Part shown: positions 40,098 to 51,432 of the stretch, piece after piece
Numbering within the stretch: position 1 is the stretch's first letter
How the letters are laid out: every line of letters starts with the position of its first letter
NCBI GenBank assembly: GCA_964636435.1
Contig: CAZWRS010000002.1
Span: 296 to 64,295, forward strand
Direction: 5' to 3'
Origin: an uncultured Candidatus Saccharibacteria bacterium
GTDB taxonomy: Bacteria; Patescibacteriota; Saccharimonadia; Saccharimonadales; JAGQNK01
DNA length: 64,000 nt
Notes under the pieces: generated by a model
Databases searched by the model: none
What the model was told of the DNA's origin: nothing
Seen by the model: only the letters and a program-made list of their open reading frames with translations
Made by a program: the position numbers and the translations under genes

Positions 40098-40136
40098 ATA
40101 GCCGCTGGTAAAATATACCGGCGGCTATTTCTGTTT
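40098..40136 (+). terminator. Intrinsic terminator
   Basis: ATAGCCGCTGGTA / TACCGGCGGCTAT stem + TTCTGTTT. Confidence 0.8.
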
Positions 40137-40183
40137 GTAAACTACCTGTACACGGCCATTTACCTCTGTTACAATGGGCTCCT

Positions 40184-42079
40184 ATGAATGCGCAGGAAAT
40201 TAGGAAAAAGTACCTAGAGTTTTTTGAGGCTCGCGGGCACCGCGTGATTCCCCGGGCACTGCTGGTCCCCTACAATGACCCGACGACACTGTTTACCGGT
40301 TCCGGCATGCAGCCGCTGATTCCGTATTTACTGGGTGAGCCGCATCCTGAAGGCTCGCGCCTGGTCAACAGCCAAACCTGCTTGCGCGCCCAGGATATCG
40401 GCGATATTGGTGATAATCGGCACACGACGTTTTTTGAGATGCTCGGCAACTGGAGCCTGGGCGATTACTTCAAGGCGCAGCAAATACGCTGGTTCTTTGA
40501 GTTTTTGACGGACGAGGTCGGACTTGACCCCCAAAAGATATACGTCACCTGCTTCATTGGCAGCCAAAAACACGGCATTCCGCGTGATGATGAGGCAGCG
40601 GCCATCTGGCAGCAGCTCTTTAAAGAGCGGGGTATTGACGCTGAGATTGCCGAGATTGGCAGTCAGGCGGCTGGCGATAAGCGCGGTATCAAGCCTGGTG
40701 AGCGGATCTTTTTCTATGATGACGGCGAGAACTGGTGGAGTCGGGGCGGTGGATTGGATAAGACGCCAATCGGTGACCCGTGCGGGCCAGACAGCGAAGT
40801 GTTTTATGACTTTGGCGAGCAGCATCATGCTGAAGGGTATGGCCAGGCGCACCCGGCCAGCGACTCCGGCCGTTTCATGGAAATTGGCAACCAGGTGTTC
40901 ATGCAATACCGCCGGACCGAAGGCGGCTTTGAGCCGCTCGCCAAACCGAACGTTGACTTCGGTGGTGGGTTGGAGCGTATTGCCGCAGCAGCGATTGATA
41001 GCCCGGACGTTTTCAGAATCAGCGTTATGTGGCCGGTTATTGACAAGCTGCAAGCGATCAGCGGCAAAAAGTATGAAAGTCATACTGAAAGCATGCGCGT
41101 TATTGCTGATCACTTACGGGCAGCTACCTTCTTGGCTGTGGATGGGGTGAAGCCCAGTAACAAGGAGCAGGGCTATGTCATGCGACGGCTGGTGCGCCGG
41201 GCAATTCGGTTTGCCTTTGACCTCGGTGTAGAGCAGAACTTCCTAGAGAGTATTGTGCCGGTTATCGCTGATATCTACCACGCGGACTTTCCAGAGGTGG
41301 CCGAGAAACGCCAGCAGATTATTGAGATACTGGTGCGTGAAGAGAAAGCCTTCCGACAGACACTACGCAAGGGCATTCGTGAGTTCGATAAACTGACAGC
41401 TGACGGTCTGACGGGCAAAGAGATCTTCACGCTCTATGACACCTACGGCTTCCCCGTTGAGCTCAGCGTGGAGGAGGCATTCAAGCAGGATGTGCGGGTA
41501 GCCGATGATTGGCGGGCAGAGTTTGATCGGCTCATGGAAGAGCAGCGGCAGCGCAGCCAGACGGCAGCCAAAGGTACGTTCAAGGGCGGGCTGGGCGGCC
41601 AGACGATGCAGCATAAAAAGTATCACACGGCAACGCACTTGATGTACCAGGCGCTTCGCGACGTACTAGGTGATCATGTTATTCAGCGCGGCAGTAACAT
41701 TACTGAAGAGCGCTTGCGTTTTGACTTTTCGCATCCCGAAAAGGTCACCCGTGAACAGCTGACCGAGGTGGAAGAGATTGTGAACCGGGAAATCGCCAAA
41801 GACTTGCAGGTCACCTGGGCGGAGTACCCGACCGAAGAAGCGACTGGCCCCCTCGGTGCGCTCGGTCAGTTTGGCGACCGCTACGGTGATACGGTGAAAG
41901 TCTACTCCATGAAAGATCCCAAATCGCCACCAGAAGAGCGGCCTTACAGCTTCGAAATTTGCGGCGGCCCCCATGTTGACCACACCTTGCAGCTGTTTGA
42001 AGATGGCAAGCGCTTTAAGATTGTCAAAGAAGAAGCTTCATCAGCCGGTATCCGCCGCATCAAAGCCGTGCTGCAGTAG
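40184..42079 (+). CDS. alaS: Alanine--tRNA ligase (short form lacking C-Ala domain)
   Basis: TTLFTGSGMQP, HTTFFEMLGNWS, GLER, HTATH, CGGPHV, GIRRIKA at the C-terminus. Confidence 0.96.
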   Translation: MNAQEIRKKYLEFFEARGHRVIPRALLVPYNDPTTLFTGSGMQPLIPYLLGEPHPEGSRLVNSQTCLRAQDIGDIGDNRHTTFFEMLGNWSLGDYFKAQQIRWFFEFLTDEVGLDPQKIYVTCFIGSQKHGIPRDDEAAAIWQQLFKERGIDAEIAEIGSQAAGDKRGIKPGERIFFYDDGENWWSRGGGLDKTPIGDPCGPDSEVFYDFGEQHHAEGYGQAHPASDSGRFMEIGNQVFMQYRRTEGGFEPLAKPNVDFGGGLERIAAAAIDSPDVFRISVMWPVIDKLQAISGKKYESHTESMRVIADHLRAATFLAVDGVKPSNKEQGYVMRRLVRRAIRFAFDLGVEQNFLESIVPVIADIYHADFPEVAEKRQQIIEILVREEKAFRQTLRKGIREFDKLTADGLTGKEIFTLYDTYGFPVELSVEEAFKQDVRVADDWRAEFDRLMEEQRQRSQTAAKGTFKGGLGGQTMQHKKYHTATHLMYQALRDVLGDHVIQRGSNITEERLRFDFSHPEKVTREQLTEVEEIVNREIAKDLQVTWAEYPTEEATGPLGALGQFGDRYGDTVKVYSMKDPKSPPEERPYSFEICGGPHVDHTLQLFEDGKRFKIVKEEASSAGIRRIKAVLQ

Positions 42080-42117
42080 TCGCTATCCCTCCTCTCCATG
42101 CTATAATTATTTCGATT

Positions 42118-43413
42118 ATGCTTGATAAACTCTCGGGGCTTTCCCGTTCAGCAAAAAAGAAGGTCAAATCTGCAAAAACGACCGATACGGGCCGCTTTGT
42201 TGTCGGCCTGGATATTGGTACTGAGTACGTTAAGGCGCTCGTCGCCCGGGTGGGAGATGATGAGCTGGAGATTATCGGGGTTGGCAGGCAGCACCAGGGG
42301 TTTGCAGATATGCAGGCTGGCGCAATTGCTGATATTGGCGCCGTGGTTGCCAACTGCGACGCCGCGCTGACGCAAGCTGAGCAGCAGGCAGGCGTTAGTG
42401 CGCGGACAGCTGTAATTGGTATCGCTGGCGAACTAGTGAAGGGCACGACGACTACCGTACGGTGTACCCGCAAGAACGCGGGCAAGCCGCTGGACGTGGC
42501 TGAGCTGGAGCGTATCATCGGGCTGGTGCAGGAGCGAGCTGAGAAAAAAGCCAAGCAGGAGCTGGCCTGGGAGATGGGCGGCAAAGAAGTTGAGATTCGA
42601 TTGGTCAACAGCGCCCTGGTCGGTATTGATATTGATGGCTATAAAGTTACCAATCCCGTCGGCTTCCAGGGCAAGGATGTGATTGTCCAGTTGTACACGG
42701 CGTTTGCGCCGCTGGTGCATATTGGCGCTCTGGAGCGGACTGCTCAGGAACTCGACCTTGATCTGCTCGCCGTAGCTGCCGAGCCCTTCGCGGTTGCCCG
42801 CTCGGTTATTGGTAACGACCCCAACGCTAACATGAGCGCAATCCTGATGGACGTTGGCGGTGGTACGACCGATATTGCCGTTATCAATGAAGGCGGCGTA
42901 CAGGGAACGAAAATGTTTGGTATTGGTGGCCGCGCCTTTACGCGTACGCTGGAGCGTGAGCTGGGTATTGATTTTGACCGAGCTGAAGAACTGAAACTGA
43001 GTCTTGGTACTAACCGCCTGCCACAGAACAAAAAAGCCGCGGCTGAAAAAATACTGGGCAAGACGGTTGACGTGTGGACGAGCGGTGTTGAGTTGGCGCT
43101 CAGTGAATTTACCAAGCTTGATAATCTGCCGCACCGCATTTTACTCTGTGGCGGTGGATCGAGTCTCGACACACTTATGGATTCCTTGAACCAGGCGAGC
43201 TGGTACAAGGATCTGCCCTTTACCCGCAAGCCGGTCATTCAGCACCTGGATCCGGACCGAGTGGTGGGGATCGACGATAAGACCGGCAATGTGACCGACC
43301 ATACCTTCGTGACGGCCATGGGTCTGCTCAGGGTTGGATTAGACACCCTCCAGCAGGAAATGGGCACAAGCGGTTCGGTGAAGGAAAAAATTGATAGAAT
43401 GTTACGGATATAG
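42118..43413 (+). CDS. FtsA-like actin-fold ATPase
   Basis: GLDIGT, DVGGGTTD, LCGGGS actin motifs; VTNPVG; amphipathic C-terminal tail. Confidence 0.85.
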   Translation: MLDKLSGLSRSAKKKVKSAKTTDTGRFVVGLDIGTEYVKALVARVGDDELEIIGVGRQHQGFADMQAGAIADIGAVVANCDAALTQAEQQAGVSARTAVIGIAGELVKGTTTTVRCTRKNAGKPLDVAELERIIGLVQERAEKKAKQELAWEMGGKEVEIRLVNSALVGIDIDGYKVTNPVGFQGKDVIVQLYTAFAPLVHIGALERTAQELDLDLLAVAAEPFAVARSVIGNDPNANMSAILMDVGGGTTDIAVINEGGVQGTKMFGIGGRAFTRTLERELGIDFDRAEELKLSLGTNRLPQNKKAAAEKILGKTVDVWTSGVELALSEFTKLDNLPHRILLCGGGSSLDTLMDSLNQASWYKDLPFTRKPVIQHLDPDRVVGIDDKTGNVTDHTFVTAMGLLRVGLDTLQQEMGTSGSVKEKIDRMLRI

Positions 43414-43422
43414 AGAAGTAAT

Positions 43423-45135
43423 ATGGTAAAAGATCCCAAAGACACCATTTATATAGATATCGATGACGAAATAACAGCGATTATTGATAAGGTACAAAAC
43501 TCTCAGAAGAAGATTGTTGCCCTGGTTCTGCCGAAGCGGGCGGCAGTTTTCCAGAGTATCGTTAATATGAAGCTGCTCAAGCGCACAGCAGACAACGTAA
43601 AGAAAAATGTCGTCCTGATCACCTCGGAGTCAGCGCTGTTGCCGCTGGCCGGTGCGGTTGGCCTGCACGTTGCCAGGACGCCCCAGAGCAAACCAGAGAT
43701 TCCGCCGGCTCCTGTGGCAGCCCGGGCGGCTGCGCATGCGCCGGAGCAAGATGAAGATGTGGAATTAGACAAAGCTGCATCAGTCGGTGCGTTGGCTGGT
43801 GTAGCTGACGATGAAGCAATTGAGGTTGATAACACTGAACCAGCTCACGAAGCTGGCGGCGCCGGCGGTGCAGGTGTGGCGGCGGGAGCGGCTGCCGCCA
43901 AGAAGGGCAAAAAAGGCAAGGATGCAGCTGCCAAGAAGAAGTTTAAAATACCGAATTTCGAAAAGTTTCGCAGTAAATTATTCCTCGGCATTGCTGCTAT
44001 ATTGATTTTAATTGTTGGTTGTGTCCTCGCGTTTATGGTGCTGCCGAAAGCCACGGTAGCGCTGAAGACCGATACGAGTAATCTGGACACCAATCTGACC
44101 GTTATTGCTGATCCGAATGCTCAGCGACTGGATATTGAGAATGGCATAATTCCGGCCATCAACAAAGAGTTCCGCAAGACCGATACCGAAAAGGTTGCTG
44201 CCACTGGTGAGAAAAATGTCGGTACTAAAGCTTCGGGCAGCGTTATACTATCTGTTGATTGTGGAGACGGCACACCTTCCATACCAGCTGGAACGGGTGT
44301 GAGCACCGGTAATCTGACATTTATAACCAGATCGGCTGTTACGATAGCGTCATTCCCCGATACGAGTGACGGTGACTGTAAATTTACGAGAGAAGTAGAT
44401 GTGGTCGCTCAACAAGCAGGTGAAAAATATAATGTAAGGTCAGGCAGGAGTTTCACGGTGGCAGGCTTCTCTGCCGTATCAGCAACCAATGAAGAATCTA
44501 TGTCAGGCGGATCTGACCGAATCGTCAAAGTCGTGACGCAGGAAGACGTCGATAAGGCCAAGAATACTATCACCCAGCGCGCAGGCGATGAAGCACCTAA
44601 GGATTTACGCGAAGATATCCAGGACGAGGGTTACCTGCCCATTGATTCAACGCTTAATGCCGGTGAACCAGTGGTTACGAGCTCGCCAGAAGTTGGTGCC
44701 GAGGCGAATGAGGTAACGGTTACGTCAACTACGGTGTTTACCATGCTCGGTGTCAAAGAAAATGATCTAAAATCGCTGGTCGAGGCGGACGCTAAAGACA
44801 AGATTGATCCAGAAACGCAGGTCATCCGGGATAATGGCTTAAGCCGAGCAAATTTCCGCGTTGAGCAAGCAAACCCGAACGGCCAAACAACTCTAACTGT
44901 GCAGACCATTGTCGTAGCCGGGCCGGAGCTGAATGAAGAATCACTCAAAAAGGAGATTGCCGGCAAGAAGCGCGGCGAAATCCAAGATATGCTCAAGAAG
45001 CGCCCAGGAGTCAACGAAGTGGAAGTCGAGTATAGCCCGTTCTGGGTGCAGTCCACGCCAAAGAGTGCCGACAAGATCAGTATAGTAATAGAGGGAAATG
45101 ATACGGACCAGGATGCAGACAGCCGGGATCCATAA
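43423..45135 (+). CDS. Bitopic membrane protein with baseplate J/gp47-like extracellular domain
   Basis: Cytoplasmic alpha/beta N-domain, TM, then ASGSVIL..SIPAGT..VVAQQAGEKYNV..N..MSGGSD pattern. Confidence 0.7.
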   Translation: MVKDPKDTIYIDIDDEITAIIDKVQNSQKKIVALVLPKRAAVFQSIVNMKLLKRTADNVKKNVVLITSESALLPLAGAVGLHVARTPQSKPEIPPAPVAARAAAHAPEQDEDVELDKAASVGALAGVADDEAIEVDNTEPAHEAGGAGGAGVAAGAAAAKKGKKGKDAAAKKKFKIPNFEKFRSKLFLGIAAILILIVGCVLAFMVLPKATVALKTDTSNLDTNLTVIADPNAQRLDIENGIIPAINKEFRKTDTEKVAATGEKNVGTKASGSVILSVDCGDGTPSIPAGTGVSTGNLTFITRSAVTIASFPDTSDGDCKFTREVDVVAQQAGEKYNVRSGRSFTVAGFSAVSATNEESMSGGSDRIVKVVTQEDVDKAKNTITQRAGDEAPKDLREDIQDEGYLPIDSTLNAGEPVVTSSPEVGAEANEVTVTSTTVFTMLGVKENDLKSLVEADAKDKIDPETQVIRDNGLSRANFRVEQANPNGQTTLTVQTIVVAGPELNEESLKKEIAGKKRGEIQDMLKKRPGVNEVEVEYSPFWVQSTPKSADKISIVIEGNDTDQDADSRDP

Positions 45136-45532
45136 TATTATTGCGCTCGATGTTGGCGACAAGCGGGTTGGTGTTGCCATGACTAATAGCGTGGCTCGCT
45201 TGCCGAGTCCGTTCGTAACCCTCGTTCGTGACGAACACTTTTGGCAGAAGCTGGAATTGTTGCTACGCGAACATGACGTTGAGGAGGTGGTGGTGGGATT
45301 GCCACGGAACTTGCATGGCAACGACACTGAGCAGACACGACTCACCAGGCAGTTTATTGCCGAGCTGGAAGTGCGACTAGGTGTCAAGGCGGTAGAGCAA
45401 GATGAGGCTTTGACCTCGAAGCGGGCCGAGGCCGAACTGGACGCGCGGGGCAAGCCTTACGACAGGGGTGATGTTGACGCGCTGGCAGCAACTTTTATAC
45501 TGGAAGATTATCTAAACGAACGGAAAAACTGA
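45113..45532 (+). CDS. ruvX: RuvX/YqgF nuclease
   Basis: ALDVGDKRVGVA, VVGLP, DEALTS, DALAATFILEDYL. Confidence 0.93.
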   Translation: MQTAGIHNIIALDVGDKRVGVAMTNSVARLPSPFVTLVRDEHFWQKLELLLREHDVEEVVVGLPRNLHGNDTEQTRLTRQFIAELEVRLGVKAVEQDEALTSKRAEAELDARGKPYDRGDVDALAATFILEDYLNERKN

Positions 45533-45538
45533 GTCACT

Positions 45539-46612
45539 ATGGTATTTATGCGAAAGCGCCGGCAAAAAAATTGGCCAAAAATTCTTCTGGGCGGACTCAT
45601 TGTGCTGATAGTCTTCCTAGCAGCCGCTGCGTTCCTGGTGCGACGGGAGTACAACCAGAACCTGCGGCCCGTCAGTGCTTCACAAAAAAGTGAAACGTTC
45701 ACCATTCCAACGGGTGCGTCTGTTAAGCAGGTCGGCACTGAGCTCCAGGCAGCCGGTCTTATTCGGGCGTCATGGGCCTTCGAGTGGTATTTCCGGACAC
45801 ATAAGCTCGGCGATCATTTAAAGGCCGGTACGTATTCGCTGCGGCCGGATATGTCAGTCAAGGAGATCGCTGATATTGTGACTGACGGGGTGGTAGCTAC
45901 TGATCAGGTCACCATCCTGCCGGGCAAACGCATAGATGAGGTGCGCACGGATCTCATCAACGCCGGTTTCCGGGTTGAAGATGTTGAGGCGGCGCTCGAT
46001 CCAAAACAGTACCCCAATCATCCGGCTCTCGTGGATAGGCCCAGCGGTGCTACCTTGGAGGGCTACGTATTCCCTGAGACGTTCCAGAAGACAGCAACTA
46101 CCCAGCCAACGATTATTATCAAGTCGTCGCTTGATGAGCTGCATAAGGTGCTCACCCCGACACTGCGGGCGAATATCATTAAGCAGGGCCTGACGATCCA
46201 CGAAGCCATCATTCTGGCCTCGATTATTGAGAAGGAGGCAGGTACGGAAGATGAAAAGCCGCGCATTGCCCAGGTATTTCTCAAGCGACTACGGGAGGAC
46301 ATGAAGCTACAGTCTGACGCGACAGCCGGCTATGGAGCAGTGCTGAGCGGTGATTATGATTCGCTCAGTGGCAGCGAGTTGCTGACGTATGAATCAGCCT
46401 ATAACACGTACCTGCATGCCGGACTGCCGCCAGGCCCGATTAGCAGCTTCAATGCTTCATCACTAGAGGCGATTGCCTACCCCTCGAATACCGATTACTT
46501 GTACTTTGTCTCCGGCAAAGACTGCGTGACCAGGTTCTCGAAGACGTTGGCCGAGCACGAAGAGCTGCAGGAAAAACACGGTGTGCGCAGCTTCACGACC
46601 GTGTGTAAATAA
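45539..46612 (+). CDS. mltG: Endolytic transglycosylase MltG
   Basis: LEGYVFPET, LASIIEKE, LQSDAT, YNTY..GLPPGPI, YLYFV. Confidence 0.94.
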   Translation: MVFMRKRRQKNWPKILLGGLIVLIVFLAAAAFLVRREYNQNLRPVSASQKSETFTIPTGASVKQVGTELQAAGLIRASWAFEWYFRTHKLGDHLKAGTYSLRPDMSVKEIADIVTDGVVATDQVTILPGKRIDEVRTDLINAGFRVEDVEAALDPKQYPNHPALVDRPSGATLEGYVFPETFQKTATTQPTIIIKSSLDELHKVLTPTLRANIIKQGLTIHEAIILASIIEKEAGTEDEKPRIAQVFLKRLREDMKLQSDATAGYGAVLSGDYDSLSGSELLTYESAYNTYLHAGLPPGPISSFNASSLEAIAYPSNTDYLYFVSGKDCVTRFSKTLAEHEELQEKHGVRSFTTVCK

Positions 46613-46656
46613 CTACTGCTAATAGTTAGTTCTCGCCTGATGACCTCAGTAGCGAC

Positions 46657-46684
46657 TTGAATACGCCAGTGGTTTTGGTATAAT
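46657..46684 (+). promoter_or_regulatory. Sigma70-type promoter for LysM-CHAP gene
   Basis: TTGAAT-N16-TATAAT with TGg extension. Confidence 0.65.
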
Positions 46685-46741
46685 TTGCAGCAGCAACTTT
46701 CATGAACTGAAGTTGCGTCCGCGGTTAGGGCTCGGCGAGTA

Positions 46742-47917
46742 ATGCCAGTGCTAACCGTTAAGACATCTGCTTCGTATAACGCGAATCAGGAGAACATTAT
46801 TCGTATACTCTCGCAAACAATCGGTCAGCATGCACGCACAAAAGCGGCAGCGAAGGCCCGTCGGCGCATCATCGGTCGAATATCCAAGCGGACTCGAAAA
46901 CGCTTCATTCGATACTCTTTAGTGGCAGCCAATGCAGCTCTGCTCGTTGCTGTAATTGGCTTCGTGACCAAGAGTCCGAACACGAGCCAGGCAATCAAAC
47001 AGAGCGCGCTCTCCAGCGATGTGGTGGCAGCTAACCCGCTTGACCAGCTGTCATCGTCGGATATCGCGGTGCATTTGGCGCGTATGGCCAGCTTGCCGGA
47101 ATCGACCGCTGTCGTAAACCAGGCAGACACCATTAGCGGCCAGATGGCCATTACGTCGGCTGATAGCCGCATCGTGGCTAAGCCGCAGATTGTCAGTACT
47201 GCTGCGAAATCTTATAAAGACATTCAGGTATATGTCGTCAAACCTGGCGATACGATTGCTTCGGTCGCTGAGAAATTTGGCGTGACCTCCGATAGTATTC
47301 GCTGGTCGAATGACATTGAAGGTACTGAGCTGCCAGTCGGGCGCGAGCTCTACATTCCGCCGGTCAACGGCATCGTATACCTGGTGAAGGCTGGTGACAC
47401 GGCTGATAAGCTGGCCCGTGAGTACAACGCAAGCAAAGCGGCGATCGAATCCTTTAACGACGCTGAAGTACTGGGGCTGGTGGTCGGCCGACGGATTGTG
47501 ATACCTGATGGTACAAAGGCAGCTGCCACCTATAACGTTGCTTCGTCCTATAGCGGCGGGTACGGTGCGGCGGCTTGGGGTAGTGCCCCAATTTATGGCT
47601 ACAACGGCTACGATTACGGCTGGTGTACCTGGTATGTCGCGAATAAAGTACCGGTGCCGGCCAACTGGGGAAATGCCAATACGTGGGATAACTACGCGGC
47701 GGCGAGCGGCTGGACCGTGAGCAGCGTGCCGCGCCCGGGAGCGGTTGCTCAGACGGATGCCGGCGGCTTGGGCCATGTCGGTGTCGTGGAGGCTGTATCA
47801 GCTGATGGCACCATGATTAAGTACTCTGATATGAACGGACTGGCTGGCTGGGGTGTTGTAGGGTATAGCGACTGGGTGCCAGTCCACTCCAAGTTCCAGA
47901 AGTTCATCTACCGATAA
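46742..47917 (+). CDS. LysM x2 + CHAP domain peptidoglycan hydrolase (start uncertain; possibly ATT 46796/46799)
   Basis: YVVKPGDTIASVA, YLVKAGDTADKLA, GWCTWYV, WGNANTW, GHVGVVE. Confidence 0.9.
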   Translation: MPVLTVKTSASYNANQENIIRILSQTIGQHARTKAAAKARRRIIGRISKRTRKRFIRYSLVAANAALLVAVIGFVTKSPNTSQAIKQSALSSDVVAANPLDQLSSSDIAVHLARMASLPESTAVVNQADTISGQMAITSADSRIVAKPQIVSTAAKSYKDIQVYVVKPGDTIASVAEKFGVTSDSIRWSNDIEGTELPVGRELYIPPVNGIVYLVKAGDTADKLAREYNASKAAIESFNDAEVLGLVVGRRIVIPDGTKAAATYNVASSYSGGYGAAAWGSAPIYGYNGYDYGWCTWYVANKVPVPANWGNANTWDNYAAASGWTVSSVPRPGAVAQTDAGGLGHVGVVEAVSADGTMIKYSDMNGLAGWGVVGYSDWVPVHSKFQKFIYR

Positions 47918-47975
47918 GTAGCCGACTTACTATCACCAACTATCTGTAAGAATTACACCACCTCTGTTATAATGA

Positions 47976-49250
<1,275 letters not shown>

Positions 49251-49291
49251 CGTGCACCTGTACGGAGTGCGGGGTGGTACACTGGTAAGGT

Positions 49292-50734
49292 ATGGCACAA
49301 ACGCTATTCTTTTACGATCTTGAGACGTCCGGCTTCAACCCCAAGGATGCCCGGATTATGCAGTTTGCCGGCCAACGGACCGATATGCAGCTCACCCCGA
49401 TTGGTGAGCCGCATAACTATCTGATCCGCATGACCGATGATGTGCTGCCCGAGCCGGACGCGGTGCTCGTCACGGGCATTACGCCGCAGCAAACGATTGC
49501 TGATGGCCTGCCTGAAGCCGAGTTTCTTAAGATTTTCAGCGAGGAAATTGCTACACCGGACACCATTTTTGCCGGTTTCAACACGGTGCGCTTTGACGAC
49601 GAGTTCATGCGCTATACGCTGTATCGGAACTTTTATGATCCCTATGAGTGGCAGTGGCAAGACGGCCGATCCCGCTGGGATATTCTGGATGTCGTCCGCA
49701 TGACCCGCGCCCTGCGGCCCGAAGGTATCGAGTGGCCATTCGACGCCAAAGGCGCACCGACGAATCGTCTGGAGCTGCTGTCCTCATTAAACGGCCTGGA
49801 TCACGCCAACGCGCATGATGCCCTCAGTGATGTTCACGCGACTATTGCCGTCGCCCGCCTTATCCGGGAAAAGCAGCCGAAGCTCTTCGATTTTCTGCTC
49901 AAAATGCGGGACAAGAAGGAAGTCGCCAAGCTGGCCATGAGCGGCCAGCCCTTCGTGTATACCTCGGGTAAATATGCCAATGAATTCGAAAAAACCACCG
50001 TTGTCAGTACGCTCGCCGAGCATCCGCAAGGTCAGGGCGCGTTGGTATTTGATCTGCGCTATGACCCCACGCCGTTCCTGGAACTTGATCCACCTGCCCT
50101 GGCTGAAGCGCTGCGCCGTCGCAAGGACGATCCGGGGCCACGCCTTCCCGTCAAGACGCTGAAATTCAACCGCTGTCCGGCGATAGCGCCACTATCGGTG
50201 CTCGATGAAGCCAGCCAGGAACGTTTGAAGTTAGTGCCTGAAACTTATCTGCAGAATCATGAAAAACTGCAGCGCGTGCAGTCTGAACTGACGAAAGGCG
50301 TGCTGGAAGCGCTGCAGATTATGGATAAGAAGCTGCAAGCCCGGTTGCTCGAGACAGACAGTGATGTCGATGCCCGGCTGTATGACAGTTTTTTTGCCAA
50401 CGAGGACAAGTCCCATATGCGGTCGGTGCGGACGGCGGATGTTGATACGCTGCAGTCTCTGAAGCCGGCGTTTAAAGATGGGCGCCTGGAGGCGCTGCTG
50501 CCGCTGTATAAGGCACGTAACTACCCGAAGTCAATGAGTGCTGAGGACCGCGCACAGTGGGAGCGGTTCCGGGAGCGACGGCTGCTGGGTGGCGGTGAAG
50601 CGAGTCGGGCGGCTAAATACTTTGCCCGCTTGGCTGAGCTGGCCAAGGATGACAAGCTATCGGGCGAGCAGCAGTATATCTTAGAAGAGCTTCAGCTTTA
50701 CGGCCAGAGCATTTTGCCAACGAGCGAAGGGTGA
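49292..50734 (+). CDS. sbcB: Exodeoxyribonuclease I
   Basis: FYDLET, QFAGQRTD, GFNTVRFDDE, AHDALSDV, NRCP, YKARNYP. Confidence 0.93.
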   Translation: MAQTLFFYDLETSGFNPKDARIMQFAGQRTDMQLTPIGEPHNYLIRMTDDVLPEPDAVLVTGITPQQTIADGLPEAEFLKIFSEEIATPDTIFAGFNTVRFDDEFMRYTLYRNFYDPYEWQWQDGRSRWDILDVVRMTRALRPEGIEWPFDAKGAPTNRLELLSSLNGLDHANAHDALSDVHATIAVARLIREKQPKLFDFLLKMRDKKEVAKLAMSGQPFVYTSGKYANEFEKTTVVSTLAEHPQGQGALVFDLRYDPTPFLELDPPALAEALRRRKDDPGPRLPVKTLKFNRCPAIAPLSVLDEASQERLKLVPETYLQNHEKLQRVQSELTKGVLEALQIMDKKLQARLLETDSDVDARLYDSFFANEDKSHMRSVRTADVDTLQSLKPAFKDGRLEALLPLYKARNYPKSMSAEDRAQWERFRERRLLGGGEASRAAKYFARLAELAKDDKLSGEQQYILEELQLYGQSILPTSEG

Positions 50735-50926
50735 CCGCTGCCTGAGGCGCAACGATAGATAGATGCGCAGCATACTCAGCTCGGTGATGCACGTGCTTGC
50801 GTATTTACGACCCCGTGTCACGGCGAACATAAGCGCCAGAAATGCCGCCCACAGTAACATGACACCGCCAAAAGAGAGTTGAATATGGCTGCCAGGGATC
50901 TGGCCCAAGACTATGAGTTCCAACAT
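50681..50926 (-). CDS. Small hypothetical membrane protein
   Basis: GAGGTGG SD; MLELIVLGQIPG..TM; convergent overlap with sbcB. Confidence 0.55.
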   Translation of the reverse strand: MLELIVLGQIPGSHIQLSFGGVMLLWAAFLALMFAVTRGRKYASTCITELSMLRIYLSLRLRQRSPFARWQNALAVKLKLF

Positions 50927-51006
50927 CTGCCACCTCGCCTAGGTAAAACTATTGTTGAGGTAGATTTTATATCATATTGCTAATAAAGCAAATATATATT
51001 ATAGCA

Positions 51007-51417
51007 CTAGCGCTTTCGCTTGAACTTCTTTTTGAGCCGACCCCACCGGTTGCGATTACCGAAAAAGACTACGACGCCCATGCTGATCATGAACGCGCCC
51101 ATAGCATTGGTCCAAGGGTAGAGGATATCGAGAATGATGTACAGGCCCCAAATGATGAGGGTGGGTGACAGCAGGTCGAAGAAGCGGTACAGTCGAGGTC
51201 GAAAGATTAATTCACCTAATCGGTCGGCGTATTCACGGAGGAGGTCGATATATCGTTCGGCCCACTCGTGGTTAATCGCGAGCAGACCGAGGCCAGCTAT
51301 GAATAGTGGGATGCCGCCGGGACCCGGTAGCCAACCGGTGAGCAGTGCTCCGATCATACAGAGGACTGCCAGCGTATCAAAAATAATCAATTGTAAGTAG
51401 TGCTTGACGCGAGCCAT
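51007..51417 (-). CDS. PGPGW-like membrane protein
   Basis: WLPGPGGIPLFIAGLGLLAINHEWA; about 4 TM. Confidence 0.75.
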   Translation of the reverse strand: MARVKHYLQLIIFDTLAVLCMIGALLTGWLPGPGGIPLFIAGLGLLAINHEWAERYIDLLREYADRLGELIFRPRLYRFFDLLSPTLIIWGLYIILDILYPWTNAMGAFMISMGVVVFFGNRNRWGRLKKKFKRKR

Positions 51418-51432
51418 AAAGCATATTATAGA

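Noticed and set aside
40184-42079. Short AlaS as a pseudogene
   Set aside because: Ends cleanly after the editing domain; C-Ala-less AlaS is common in CPR.
43423-45135. Prophage or contractile injection system
   Set aside because: Single baseplate-like domain in a TM protein; no sheath, tube, spike or capsid genes.
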